In this document: piece after piece, positions 22,085 to 34,559 of the stretch
Layout of the letters: each line of letters begins with the position of its first letter
Position numbering within the stretch: position 1 is the stretch's first letter
Assembly: GCA_964016885.1 (NCBI GenBank)
Contig: CAXHJY010001516.1
Location: forward strand, 1-43,418
Reading direction: 5' to 3'
Origin: Eledone cirrhosa
Lineage: Eukaryota
DNA length: 43,418 bases
Made by a program: the position numbers and the translations under genes
The notes under the pieces: model-generated
What the model saw: the letters and a program-made list of their open reading frames with translations, nothing else
Told to the model about the DNA's origin: nothing
The model's database searches: none

Positions 22085-25000
22085 TTGAGAGTTGGCTGTT
22101 TGAACGCGCGTGGCCTGAGCTCAGCTTGGAAGCAAGCAAAGCTTCTAAGTGACCTCAGGTCACAAAGTATAGATGTGATGGTTGTTTGCGAGAGTCGGAT
22201 CAGCAGCGTGAGACAGCTGGCGCCCGCCTTCGATGACTTTGAGATGCACGCATCTCTCTGTCAACCCGGAGGCGGGGGGGGGAGTTGCCGTACTGCTGGA
22301 TAAACGTCTAACTCTCGACGTACAGATTGTTCACTCGGACCCGGGGGGTCGATTACTGGTGCTGGACGTCGGAGGTGGTGAAGGCGGGGCTTTCAGACTG
22401 GTCGGTCTTTATGCTCCCTTCGGGGCGGAGAGAGCCGACTTCTTCCAACGTCTGGAGACTTTTCTAGGAACGTCGCGTTCCCTGCTTTTAGTGGGGGACT
22501 GGAATGGAATCCTAGATGCGCGTTGGGACTATGCAGGGGCATGTCCCGATAGAGGGGGGTGTAGCAGCCTCAAGGGGTTACTCGATCGATTCGACCTGGT
22601 CGATAGATTTCGACTAGATTGTCCAACTGCGCCAACCTGGACCTGGGCAAACCGCAGTGGACAATCTAGATCGTACCTAGATAGGTTTTTGGTTAGGAGT
22701 AAGGATAGGGACGTATTTAGTTGTCCAGAACTGATCATGGTTGGCTATTCAGATCACAAATTAGTGACCTGCGTGGTCAACCTTGATAGAACGCATAGAC
22801 AGGGTCCCGGTTACTGGAAGATGAACTTGTCCTTACCGACAAAGAAAGATTACAGAAACCGGATTAGTAGCTTAGTTAAGATGCGGTTGACGGGAGCGAT
22901 CGTCAACAGTAGGTGGTGGATATCTCTAAAGAGAGAGATTAGAGTAAGTTCGATAGGTTACAGTAAGGAACTAGCGGCGAATAGAAATAGGAGGGAAAGG
23001 GAGTTAACAGATAAACTAGAAGAGGCGATTAGGAGCGGAGACGTAGCCAGAGTGTTAGCGACGAGAACGGCATTGAGCCAGTTCTTTGACACGAAGCACG
23101 AAGGCTGCGTTGTCCGAAGTAAAATACGTGCTTTAGGAAACGAGGGGACCAAAGCTGTTAGCTGGGCCCGCGTGACAGAAGCCAAGAGTGGGATTAAATC
23201 CACCATTCGGTCTTTGCGAGACCAGGATGGACGGGTGATCCTTGAACCTGAGCGAATGTGCGAGACCTTTCAAAGGCACTTTGCTCGACTGTTCGGAGGT
23301 GGCGGGGGGCCGGACGGGGATGTGGACTTCGGTCCATACCTCGACGGTCTACCGCGTCTTTCGAGCGGCGAAGCGGAGTGCTGCGAAGGGCCAATCACAG
23401 CCACTGAAATCGGGGAAGCGCTCAGCCAATGCAGCAGACGCAAATCCCCGGGTCTCGATGGTCTACCATACGAACTTTATTTAGCTATGCCGGTCTTGTT
23501 CTCCGAACTCCTCGAGGCTGTCTATTGCAACTGGCAACAGAACGGGAGAATTCCCTGTTCTGTGACCAAGGGCGTGGTCACGCTAGTGAGGAAGGACGAG
23601 AGCAAGGGGGACGACTTAAGTAACTTTAGGCCCATAACTCTGCTGAATGCAGAGTTACAGATTTTGGCCAAGGTGTTGGCGAAGAGGTTGGCGCTTGTGG
23701 TGGGTGGTTTGGTGGGAGACGCGCAGACATGCGCTATCCCGTCCAGGTCCATTCACGACAACCTCCACCTCATGCGATACATCATAGAGAGGGTTGGCTA
23801 CGAACCCGGCTTTGGTGGGGCCCTGATCAACTTGGATCAATCTAAGGCGTTCGATAGGGTCGACCATGGTTACCTGGATGCGGTGCTAGCGGCGGCGGGC
23901 TTCGGACCCGTTTTCAGGGGCTGGATTTCTGCCATGCACAGTGGCAACATCTACTCTAGGATTAAAGTAAACGGCTACCTCTCGGAGCCGTTTCAAATCA
24001 CCCGATCCATCAGACAGGGGTGCCCCCTCTCCTCCCTTCTGTACGTATTGACTCTCGAGCCACTGCTGCGGAAGTTGGAGTTGCTGCGGGGCATACCCCT
24101 GGAACCGGGATTGCACAAAGCGGTCTCGGCCTATGCCGACGACGTAACAGTAATGGTGGCGGACGCCTCGGAAATCGGGGCGATCGCCACCCTACTGGAG
24201 GAATACGAAAGGCTGACGGGGGCTAAGCTGAACCAGGACAAGTCAGTCGGTTTGCAACTCGGAACGTGGAGGGGCAAACCGATGCCGTTAGACGGTGTCG
24301 TCGGGCGGTGGACGGAGGGCCCGGTGAAGCTGCTCGGGGTCTGGTTCGGACCGGACCTCCAGGTGGAGAAGAATTGGGGCGAGGTGACGAGCAGGGTGTT
24401 TGCGCTGACCCAGAAGTGGGCCAAGTGCAAACTATCACTGAAAGGTCGGGCGGAGGTGACGAACGCTTACATAGCGTCCGTCATCTACTACCGCCTGACC
24501 GTCGTGCCTTGCCCCAAGGAAAAGCTCACCATCATGGAACGCATGCTCTTCCAGTTCCTCTGGAAGAAGCGGCCTCCCATGGTGAGGAGATCCATCTGCT
24601 GCCAGCACCCTTCGAAAGGAGGGCTGGGTATGCCGTGGCTGTTGATGCGTAGGCACGCATTGAGGCTACGGCATCTACAGGTATTCCTCAACGGTCAGCC
24701 GGTGTGGGCCCCGTTTGTGAGGCGAGCCTTCCCACAGCTCGTCTCGCTCACCGAACTGCAATCCTGGGTGAAGCAAAGACCGAGAAAACTGGGCAACTGG
24801 CACACTGAGTGTGCCCAGGCGCTCACGGCTATCTGGCAAGCGGACCCGACTGTCAGTGGAGAATCCACCTCGACATTCTATAGAGGGTTGGTGGCTAGCA
24901 GGGGCGACGACACCCTTGGAGAGTCGCTAGGCATGGAGGAGGACGAACTGGCCAGCCTGTTCGGTAGAACTTTCGGCCCGGGACCCATGGACAACTTCCA

Positions 25001-25514
25001 GAGGTCCCTAGCCTGGCAGTGTTACCGGGGGGCTCTGCCCGTTCGAGAAAAGCTCTACAGACACGGGCGCCCGGGCAGGGATCCCGCGAAAAAGATCTGT
25101 CCCAGATGCGTGCGCGACGAGGAAACCGTTGCGCATGCACTGGTACACTGCCCGGGCGTTGCCGATCTGTGGGGCTACGTCGAACGACTGCTGTCGCGTG
25201 TGGCGCCGATTCGATTAACCGCCGAGTCTGTGGTGAACATCAAGCCGCCTCCTCCCTTCAGAAATGAAGCAGAGGCGGTCTTTCTGTGCGTAATAGCCAT
25301 GATGAAAGAGGTTGTGTGGTGGACGCGCCTGAAAGGTCTGAGGTCGGGTGACTTTCTCTCCGGCCATCACCTGGTTTACTTCTTCCGATACCACTTCGGA
25401 AGAAGAATCAGGATGGAGAGAGAAGTGCTTGGTCCCAGACAGTTTTATGAAAGGTGGGTGAAAGAAGCGAGAATGGCCCGTGTAAATGGGCCTTCTCTCT
25501 ACATTGTTCTGTAG
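22085..25514 (+). pseudogene. LINE ORF2 (APE-RT-Zn), copy 1, +1 frameshift in G-run 22274-22282
   Basis: G9 versus G8 in copy 2; otherwise the same protein. The frameshift may be a homopolymer sequencing error. Confidence 0.8.
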
Positions 25515-25957
25515 GTGAAGAAGTGAAGAGGAAAGGGGGAGCGCCTCCTCTCTGGGCTTCCCCCGCGAAAAGAGTTGCACACTTTTCGGGGGTATGTGCA
25601 ATCCCCAACACGCCCCCTCCCTTTTGAGGACTTTTTATTGTTATATTATTATTGTTATTCCTTTTTTCTTTACTCGATTTATGTAAACTCCCCCACTGTG
25701 TAAATGTCCCCTTCTTTTGTGCCCTCGTGGCAAATAAATAGAAATTTATCTATCTTGATAGAGTAAGACACGCTTCGCATCGGCTCCGCTATTCCATCGG
25801 GATTTACCCTTACTATTGTAAGTACCGGATAAAATTTTTAGTGCAACACATTTGGAACACTAACCCCTGTTATTTAGGGAAACATTTTTGCATTTACCCC
25901 CTTTTTAGGGGGTAAAATAAATATCTATTTTTGCCGAAAAATTTCTTTCTTGGCAGC

Positions 25958-27794
25958 ATGGCGGAAAAGATGGCAGACATGTCTGCCATTAGCTCTGCCA
26001 CGCCCCCCAAGTCTGAAGAACAAAAAATAATTACAACAAAATTAGACATTGAAACAAACAAACAAAATGAAAAAACAAATGTTAAGGAAAATGAGCAAAC
26101 AGAAAACAAACAAACAGAAAATAATACAAATAACGACAGGGCAACTTTCGCCCAGAAAACAAAGCAATCCATTACATACACACCAATTGACCTAACTGCC
26201 GCCAGAGAAAAACTGGCCGAAGCAAAGAAACATATTGTTTTGGGAGAGAACGGAATGTTTTCCATTAACTCCCCCCCAGAATTCAAGAAAGCCAGAGAAG
26301 AAAACACAGTTATATACAGAACTATACTAAACCAGTCAAGAAAGCCAGCACAGCCCAGCCAAATGGAAATAGAGTTAGTCCTAAAAGACTATATGAAGAA
26401 TATTCTCTTCATACGAAAGGACCGACTCTATGGCAGCATTTCGGTCCTAACAAGAGACAAAGAAACGGCGGTTCAGCTTTCCCTAAGCCCACTCTCGTCG
26501 ACAACATATAGCTTCTATCCCTCCTAGATGGGTAGAAGAACACAGAGGGTAAAAGTAAAAACAATGCTGCCCACAATGGACTTCTGGTGGGCTATTGCTG
26601 GCTTCATTGATATGGGCGAAGACACTATGCTGTCAATGGGGAAGGCAACTGGAGATGCGTTCCTGGGAATGGGCCTCGACATACTAGTCCAAATGAGGCC
26701 CGAAAGAATAGCACAAATCCCGGATCGCATCTGGCTGGATGACCTTACCCCAATAGACATAATTGTAGAGGGGAGAAGACCAGCATGCTATTTATGCATG
26801 GAAAGGGGACACGTTAAGGCTAACTGCCCGAAACGTATCCCCCAAAAAGGACTATTGCCCACACCCACCACAAACAGTACACCAGCACCACCCACCTCCA
26901 AAAATACACTAATACCACACACAGCAAACAAAATACAGACACCACCAACCACAAACACAACACAAACATCACCACCACCAGCACCAAACACAAGCACGAC
27001 ACAAAAATCACCACCACCAACCACAACACAAACATCACCACCACCATTACCAACCACAAGCACGACACAAACATTACCACCACCACCACCACAAAACCCA
27101 TTCCAAACAAATAATAAAAAAAAACAGTAACAAATCTACCCCTCCCGCAAAAAAAAAACAACCACACAACACGTCCCTCCCACCTAGCGCTGAAGAGTTT
27201 CCCCCAACTTCTGAAGAAGAAGGAGGAGAAGCCTTCAGACAAGTTAAAAGAAAAAAAAGAAAACACACACCCAGCACACCACAAATAACCCACACACAAA
27301 CACCAACTCCAATCAAAAACACCCCACCCTCAACAAACAAAAATAAATCTGCGCCTCCCCTCTCCGAAACATTGACAGCATCACAAAAAAAGACGTTGCA
27401 ATACACATATATAAATAAAGAAAACAAAAAACTGGTTAAATTAATAAACAATAACCCTATGGTGCAGACCGAAGGGCCAAACTTTATCTCAACAGAGAAC
27501 TTCACCCATTTAAAAATGATAAAGGTCCCTCTGGACCTTTATCGTTCCTTAAAAGAACAATTTAGACGGGACGTGAGCCCCCCCTGTTTAAAACCGTTGA
27601 ATCGCGTCCTCTTGAAAGATTTCCCCATAACCGCCCCTCTCCCTGACACAACTCCAAATACCCCAACCCCACCACACACGTGTACCCCCACACCACCACA
27701 AAACATCCCTCCACCCAACACACCTGATGCCATGGAAATTACGCAACCCGGAGAGGTAAGTGCTTTTCTTTCTTCACTTTCAACACCAAAATAG
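25958..27794 (+). pseudogene. LINE ORF1 copy 2, disrupted
   Basis: TAC->TAG at 26525-26527 and A9 versus A8 at 27116-27124. Confidence 0.85.
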
Positions 27795-27799
27795 ATCAA

Positions 27800-30700
27800 T
27801 TGAGAGTTGGCTGTTTGAACGCGCGTGGCCTGAGCTCAGCTTGGAAGCAAGCAAAGCTTCTAAGTGACCTCAGGTCACAAAGTATAGATGTGATGGTTGT
27901 TTGCGAGAGTCGGATCAGCAGCGTGAGACAGCTGGCGCCCGCCTTCGATGACTTTGAGATGCACGCATCTCTCTGTCAACCCGGAGGCGGGGGGGGAGTT
28001 GCCGTACTGCTGGATAAACGTCTAACTCTCGACGTACAGATTGTTCACTCGGACCCGGGGGGTCGATTACTGGTGCTGGACGTCGGAGGTGGTGAAGGCG
28101 GGGCTTTCAGACTGGTCGGTCTTTATGCTCCCTTCGGGGCGGAGAGAGCCGACTTCTTCCAACGTCTGGAGACTTTTCTAGGAACGTCGCGTTCCCTGCT
28201 TTTAGTGGGGGACTGGAATGGAATCCTAGATGCGCGTTGGGACTATGCAGGGGCATGTCCCGATAGAGGGGGGTGTAGCAGCCTCAAGGGGTTACTCGAT
28301 CGATTCGACCTGGTCGATAGATTTCGACTAGATTGTCCAACTGCGCCAACCTGGACCTGGGCAAACCGCAGTGGACAATCTAGATCGTACCTAGATAGGT
28401 TTTTGGTTAGGAGTAAGGATAGGGACGTATTTAGTTGTCCAGAACTGATCATGGTTGGCTATTCAGATCACAAATTAGTGACCTGCGTGGTCAACCTTGA
28501 TAGAACGCATAGACAGGGTCCCGGTTACTGGAAGATGAACTTGTCCTTACCGACAAAGAAAGATTACAGAAACCGGATTAGTAGCTTAGTTAAGATGCGG
28601 TTGACGGGAGCGATCGTCAACAGTAGGTGGTGGATATCTCTAAAGAGAGAGATTAGAGTAAGTTCGATAGGTTACAGTAAGGAACTAGCGGCGAATAGAA
28701 ATAGGAGGGAAAGGGAGTTAACAGATAAACTAGAAGAGGCGATTAGGAGCGGAGACGTAGCCAGAGTGTTAGCGACGAGAACGGCATTGAGCCAGTTCTT
28801 TGACACGAAGCACGAAGGCTGCGTTGTCCGAAGTAAAATACGTGCTTTAGGAAACGAGGGGACCAAAGCTGTTAGCTGGGCCCGCGTGACAGAAGCCAAG
28901 AGTGGGATTAAATCCACCATTCGGTCTTTGCGAGACCAGGATGGACGGGTGATCCTTGAACCTGAGCGAATGTGCGAGACCTTTCAAAGGCACTTTGCTC
29001 GACTGTTCGGAGGTGGCGGGGGGCCGGACGGGGATGTGGACTTCGGTCCATACCTCGACGGTCTACCGCGTCTTTCGAGCGGCGAAGCGGAGTGCTGCGA
29101 AGGGCCAATCACAGCCACTGAAATCGGGGAAGCGCTCAGCCAATGCAGCAGACGCAAATCCCCGGGTCTCGATGGTCTACCATACGAACTTTATTTAGCT
29201 ATGCCGGTCTTGTTCTCCGAACTCCTCGAGGCTGTCTATTGCAACTGGCAACAGAACGGGAGAATTCCCTGTTCTGTGACCAAGGGCGTGGTCACGCTAG
29301 TGAGGAAGGACGAGAGCAAGGGGGACGACTTAAGTAACTTTAGGCCCATAACTCTGCTGAATGCAGAGTTACAGATTTTGGCCAAGGTGTTGGCGAAGAG
29401 GTTGGCGCTTGTGGTGGGTGGTTTGGTGGGAGACGCGCAGACATGCGCTATCCCGTCCAGGTCCATTCACGACAACCTCCACCTCATGCGATACATCATA
29501 GAGAGGGTTGGCTACGAACCCGGCTTTGGTGGGGCCCTGATCAACTTGGATCAATCTAAGGCGTTCGATAGGGTCGACCATGGTTACCTGGATGCGGTGC
29601 TAGCGGCGGCGGGCTTCGGACCCGTTTTCAGGGGCTGGATTTCTGCCATGCACAGTGGCAACATCTACTCTAGGATTAAAGTAAACGGCTACCTCTCGGA
29701 GCCGTTTCAAATCACCCGATCCATCAGACAGGGGTGCCCCCTCTCCTCCCTTCTGTACGTATTGACTCTCGAGCCACTGCTGCGGAAGTTGGAGTTGCTG
29801 CGGGGCATACCCCTGGAACCGGGATTGCACAAAGCGGTCTCGGCCTATGCCGACGACGTAACAGTAATGGTGGCGGACGCCTCGGAAATCGGGGCGATCG
29901 CCACCCTACTGGAGGAATACGAAAGGCTGACGGGGGCTAAGCTGAACCAGGACAAGTCAGTCGGTTTGCAACTCGGAACGTGGAGGGGCAAACCGATGCC
30001 GTTAGACGGTGTCGTCGGGCGGTGGACGGAGGGCCCGGTGAAGCTGCTCGGGGTCTGGTTCGGACCGGACCTCCAGGTGGAGAAGAATTGGGGCGAGGTG
30101 ACGAGCAGGGTGTTTGCGCTGACCCAGAAGTGGGCCAAGTGCAAACTATCACTGAAAGGTCGGGCGGAGGTGACGAACGCTTACATAGCGTCCGTCATCT
30201 ACTACCGCCTGACCGTCGTGCCTTGCCCCAAGGAAAAGCTCACCATCATGGAACGCATGCTCTTCCAGTTCCTCTGGAAGAAGCGGCCTCCCATGGTGAG
30301 GAGATCCATCTGCTGCCAGCACCCTTCGAAAGGAGGGCTGGGTATGCCGTGGCTGTTGATGCGTAGGCACGCATTGAGGCTACGGCATCTACAGGTATTC
30401 CTCAACGGTCAGCCGGTGTGGGCCCCGTTTGTGAGGCGAGCCTTCCCACAGCTCGTCTCGCTCACCGAACTGCAATCCTGGGTGAAGCAAAGACCGAGAA
30501 AACTGGGCAACTGGCACACTGAGTGTGCCCAGGCGCTCACGGCTATCTGGCAAGCGGACCCGACTGTCAGTGGAGAATCCACCTCGACATTCTATAGAGG
30601 GTTGGTGGCTAGCAGGGGCGACGACACCCTTGGAGAGTCGCTAGGCATGGAGGAGGACGAACTGGCCAGCCTGTTCGGTAGAACTTTCGGCCCGGGACCC

Positions 30701-31228
30701 ATGGACAACTTCCAGAGGTCCCTAGCCTGGCAGTGTTACCGGGGGGCTCTGCCCGTTCGAGAAAAGCTCTACAGACACGGGCGCCCGGGCAGGGATCCCG
30801 CGAAAAAGATCTGTCCCAGATGCGTGCGCGACGAGGAAACCGTTGCGCATGCACTGGTACACTGCCCGGGCGTTGCCGATCTGTGGGGCTACGTCGAACG
30901 ACTGCTGTCGCGTGTGGCGCCGATTCGATTAACCGCCGAGTCTGTGGTGAACATCAAGCCGCCTCCTCCCTTCAGAAATGAAGCAGAGGCGGTCTTTCTG
31001 TGCGTAATAGCCATGATGAAAGAGGTTGTGTGGTGGACGCGCCTGAAAGGTCTGAGGTCGGGTGACTTTCTCTCCGGTCATCACCTGGTTTACTTCTTCC
31101 GATACCACTTCGGAAGAAGAATCAGGATGGAGAGAGAAGTGCTTGGTCCCAGACAGTTTTATGAAAGGTGGGTGAAAGAAGCGAGAATGGCCCGTGTAAA
31201 TGGGCCTTCTCTCTACATTGTTCTGTAG
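27800..31228 (+). CDS. LINE ORF2: AP endonuclease + reverse transcriptase + C-terminal CCHC finger, open
   Basis: APE motifs LNARG, CES, YAP, GDWN, SYLDRF, SDH; RT motifs KSPGLDG, FRPITLLN, DQSKAFDRVDH, RQGCPLS, YADD; CPRC..H..C; Tx1-like LSLKGR and GGLGMP. TTG start. Confidence 0.95.
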   Translation: MRVGCLNARGLSSAWKQAKLLSDLRSQSIDVMVVCESRISSVRQLAPAFDDFEMHASLCQPGGGGGVAVLLDKRLTLDVQIVHSDPGGRLLVLDVGGGEGGAFRLVGLYAPFGAERADFFQRLETFLGTSRSLLLVGDWNGILDARWDYAGACPDRGGCSSLKGLLDRFDLVDRFRLDCPTAPTWTWANRSGQSRSYLDRFLVRSKDRDVFSCPELIMVGYSDHKLVTCVVNLDRTHRQGPGYWKMNLSLPTKKDYRNRISSLVKMRLTGAIVNSRWWISLKREIRVSSIGYSKELAANRNRRERELTDKLEEAIRSGDVARVLATRTALSQFFDTKHEGCVVRSKIRALGNEGTKAVSWARVTEAKSGIKSTIRSLRDQDGRVILEPERMCETFQRHFARLFGGGGGPDGDVDFGPYLDGLPRLSSGEAECCEGPITATEIGEALSQCSRRKSPGLDGLPYELYLAMPVLFSELLEAVYCNWQQNGRIPCSVTKGVVTLVRKDESKGDDLSNFRPITLLNAELQILAKVLAKRLALVVGGLVGDAQTCAIPSRSIHDNLHLMRYIIERVGYEPGFGGALINLDQSKAFDRVDHGYLDAVLAAAGFGPVFRGWISAMHSGNIYSRIKVNGYLSEPFQITRSIRQGCPLSSLLYVLTLEPLLRKLELLRGIPLEPGLHKAVSAYADDVTVMVADASEIGAIATLLEEYERLTGAKLNQDKSVGLQLGTWRGKPMPLDGVVGRWTEGPVKLLGVWFGPDLQVEKNWGEVTSRVFALTQKWAKCKLSLKGRAEVTNAYIASVIYYRLTVVPCPKEKLTIMERMLFQFLWKKRPPMVRRSICCQHPSKGGLGMPWLLMRRHALRLRHLQVFLNGQPVWAPFVRRAFPQLVSLTELQSWVKQRPRKLGNWHTECAQALTAIWQADPTVSGESTSTFYRGLVASRGDDTLGESLGMEEDELASLFGRTFGPGPMDNFQRSLAWQCYRGALPVREKLYRHGRPGRDPAKKICPRCVRDEETVAHALVHCPGVADLWGYVERLLSRVAPIRLTAESVVNIKPPPPFRNEAEAVFLCVIAMMKEVVWWTRLKGLRSGDFLSGHHLVYFFRYHFGRRIRMEREVLGPRQFYERWVKEARMARVNGPSLYIVL

Positions 31229-31459
31229 GTGAAGAAGTGAAGAGGAAAGGGGGAGCGCCTCCTCTCTGGGCTTCCCCCGCGAAAAGAGTTGCACACTTTT
31301 CGGGGGTATGTGCAATCCCCAACACGCCCCCTCCCTTTTGAGGACTTTTTATTGTTATATTATTATTGTTATTCCTTTTTTCTTTACTCGATTTATGTAA
31401 ACTCCCCCACTGTGTAAATGTCCCCTTCTTTTGTGCCCTCGTGGCAAATAAATAGAAAT

Positions 31460-31496
<37 letters not shown>

Positions 31497-31499
<3 letters not shown>

Positions 31500-31851
31500 A
31501 GAAGGAGAATCAGGGTGGAGAGAGAGGCACTGCACCTCAGTAAATTTACTGAAAGGTGGGTGAATGAAGCGAAAATGGCCCGAGTGATTGGGCCTTCTCT
31601 GTTTATAAGCCTGTAGGTTGAGGAAGAGAGCAAAATGAAGAAAGGAGCACTTGCACAACACGCTCCTCGAGTTGAGGGTTGTTCTATCGACGGGGTATTA
31701 AACAACCCATTTGTGGCGCCTCCCCCCTATTGGGGATTTCGATTGTTGAAATTGTTTGTTTTTATATTTTTTACACGACTGTATGTAAAATCCCCGGCAT
31801 GTCTTTGTATTGTCCCCTTTTCTTGTTGCGCCCTTGTGGCTAATAAAGAAA
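31497..31851 (+). mobile_element. family B LINE 3' fragment between (TATC)n tracts
   Basis: Homologous to 18105-18457; ends AATAAAGAAA then TCTATCTATC. Confidence 0.85.
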
Positions 31852-31875
31852 TCTATCTATCTATCTATCTATCTA

Positions 31876-31911
<36 letters not shown>

Positions 31912-32155
31912 ATATATATATAGATATATATATATTATATATATATTATATATATATATATTATATATATATATAGATACTATATTATACATTAATATAC
32001 ATATATATATATATATTAAAGTGTTAAACGATATTCAATGATTATATCAAAGAATGAGTTTTACAGTAGATTGGAAGCACTCTACAAAAAAATAATTTTC
32101 CGGAGTTATTAATATTAAAATATAAATATTAATAAAATAGATGTTCTTTTGATCA

Positions 32156-32218
32156 ATTACATTTTATTATACATATTTCGGAGGTACAACAGTACGTCCT
32201 CATCAGACAAAATATAAT
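32156..32218 (-). ncRNA. type I minimal hammerhead (mirror copy)
   Basis: Reverse complement of 32319-32381. Confidence 0.8.
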
Positions 32219-32318
32219 GATATATGACATACCCTGAGATGTTAAATGGTTAAGATTTAATCAAGGTAGTTGATTAAATCTTAACCATTTAACATCTCAG
32301 GGTATGTCATGTATCATC

Positions 32319-32381
32319 ATTATATTTTGTCTGATGAGGACGTACTGTTGTACCTCCGAAATATGTATAATAAAATGTAAT
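32319..32381 (+). ncRNA. type I minimal hammerhead ribozyme
   Basis: 12-bp stem I AUUAUAUUUUGU/AUAAAAUGUAAU; CUGAUGA 32331; stem II GGAcGUAC(uguu)GUACcUCC; GAAA 32358; UAUGUA; AUA triplet. Confidence 0.88.
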
Positions 32382-32416
32382 TGATCAAAAGAACATCTAT
32401 TTTATTAATATTTATA

Positions 32417-32450
<34 letters not shown>

Positions 32451-32454
<4 letters not shown>

Positions 32455-32645
32455 AACGAGTAGGACCCCGACGGCTGAGCTCAAGCCGTTTCGACGGCTA
32501 ATTCAGTCCAGAATTAGCCGTCGAAACGGCTTGAGCTCAGCCGTTGGGGTCCTACTCGTTCCTATTACCCACTCTACTACCCTAAGTATTGAGTACTCTG
32601 GTGCGTTATGGTCCACCTGGTTCCTTACCACATTTCCTTCGTTAT
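32451..32645. mobile_element. family A palindromic copy
   Basis: Arms ~32451-32504/32511-32565; tail to 32644. Confidence 0.7.
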
Positions 32646-32648
32646 ATA

Positions 32649-32715
<67 letters not shown>

Positions 32716-32761
32716 GAGTTAAACAAGATTCAATGAGTGCATCAATATATGTGTGTGTGTG

Positions 32762-32799
<38 letters not shown>

Positions 32800-32898
32800 C
32801 ACACACACATATATATATATATATGTGTGTGTATGTATACATATATATATATCTATGTATACATACACACATATATATTTATATCTGTATATATATAA

Positions 32899-32968
<70 letters not shown>

Positions 32969-33039
32969 ATTTATATATATACACATATATATATATAATA
33001 TATATATATATTTGTATATACATATAATATATATATAAC

Positions 33040-33089
<50 letters not shown>

Positions 33090-33092
33090 TAA

Positions 33093-33143
<51 letters not shown>

Positions 33144-33278
33144 TATACACATATATAAATATATATATATATATGTCTATCGTTTCATATATATATATGA
33201 AACGATAGACAAGTACTGGGTGTGGCTGAGAGCGAAACGAGTTACGATTTACGGCAGTAATAATACTTAGGTCTAATG

Positions 33279-33449
<171 letters not shown>

Positions 33450-33550
33450 TAGAATTGGAGTATATATAATGTATTGCAAAATACATTATATATACATCCA
33501 TATATATATATGTATGTATATATATATATATATATTCATATATATATATT

Positions 33551-33632
<82 letters not shown>

Positions 33633-33680
33633 CATATATATATATGTATGTATGTATATGTATATATATATATATATATA

Positions 33681-33835
33681 TAGGAAAAAGAGTCTCAGTT
33701 CCCCGACGGCTGAGCTCCGGCCGTTTCGACAGCTAGATCCGACCCTTTTCCTATTAACCACTCTACTACTCTATGTATTGAGTACTCTGGTGCGTTATGG
33801 TTCACCTGGTTCCCTACCACACTTTCTTTGTTATA
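33681..33835. mobile_element. family A copy (inverted arm + tail)
   Basis: Homologous to 32451-32645. Confidence 0.65.
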
Positions 33836-33910
33836 TATACTCTTTTACTCTTTTACCTGTTTCAGCCATCCGGCTGAGGCCATGCTGGGGCATATATATA
33901 TACATATATA

Positions 33911-33954
<44 letters not shown>

Positions 33955-33956
33955 TA

Positions 33957-33996
<40 letters not shown>

Positions 33997-34024
33997 TATA
34001 TATGTATATATATATATATGCATA

Positions 34025-34075
<51 letters not shown>

Positions 34076-34498
34076 GCATGTATGTATATACAGACTCATA
34101 GATAGACTAACATATACTTATACAGTTAAATAGATAGGTAGGTCTACGTATATATACATATGTGTGTGTATGTATATATATATATGCATATATATATATC
34201 TCGAGAGAGAGAGAGAGAGAGATAGAGGTGATAGGTGGAGGTCGATGATGATGATGATGATGATGATGATGTTGAGGAGGAGGTGGGGGGGGGGGGGAAG
34301 GGAGAAGTGGCTAAATATATATGAATATATCGGGTTAAATATGAAAACACCCTTAATGGAGAGAAGGGTCAGCTCTTACAAGCAAATGGGTGCGGCGCTG
34401 TTGTTGTGCTTTTTGAGTGTTTCAACCCGAGCCTGGTCATTAAAAGCCATTCACGGGTAACCCACTGACCGAATTCTCATCTATATTATACACAGAAC

Positions 34499-34532
<34 letters not shown>

Positions 34533-34559
34533 GATGAATAAATGTATGGATGCATGTGA

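Larger units (their letters stand above)
20041..25746 (+). mobile_element. full-length L1/Tx1-clade non-LTR retrotransposon, copy 1
   Basis: Starts after (TATC)n; 5' UTR, ORF1, ORF2, 3' UTR ending AATAAATAGAAATT; repeated 5714 bp downstream. Confidence 0.95.
25755..31460 (+). mobile_element. full-length L1/Tx1-clade LINE, copy 2
   Basis: Separated from copy 1 by TATCTATC only; followed by (TATC)9. Confidence 0.95.
32017..32425. mobile_element. palindromic PLE-like insertion with two hammerheads
   Basis: Arms 32112-32264/32270-32425 (one substitution, one 3-nt indel), left tail, TA flanks. Confidence 0.8.

Noticed and set aside
20180-31325. Antisense and alternative-frame ORFs inside the LINEs
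   Set aside because: Shadow ORFs of biased composition with no recognisable motifs.
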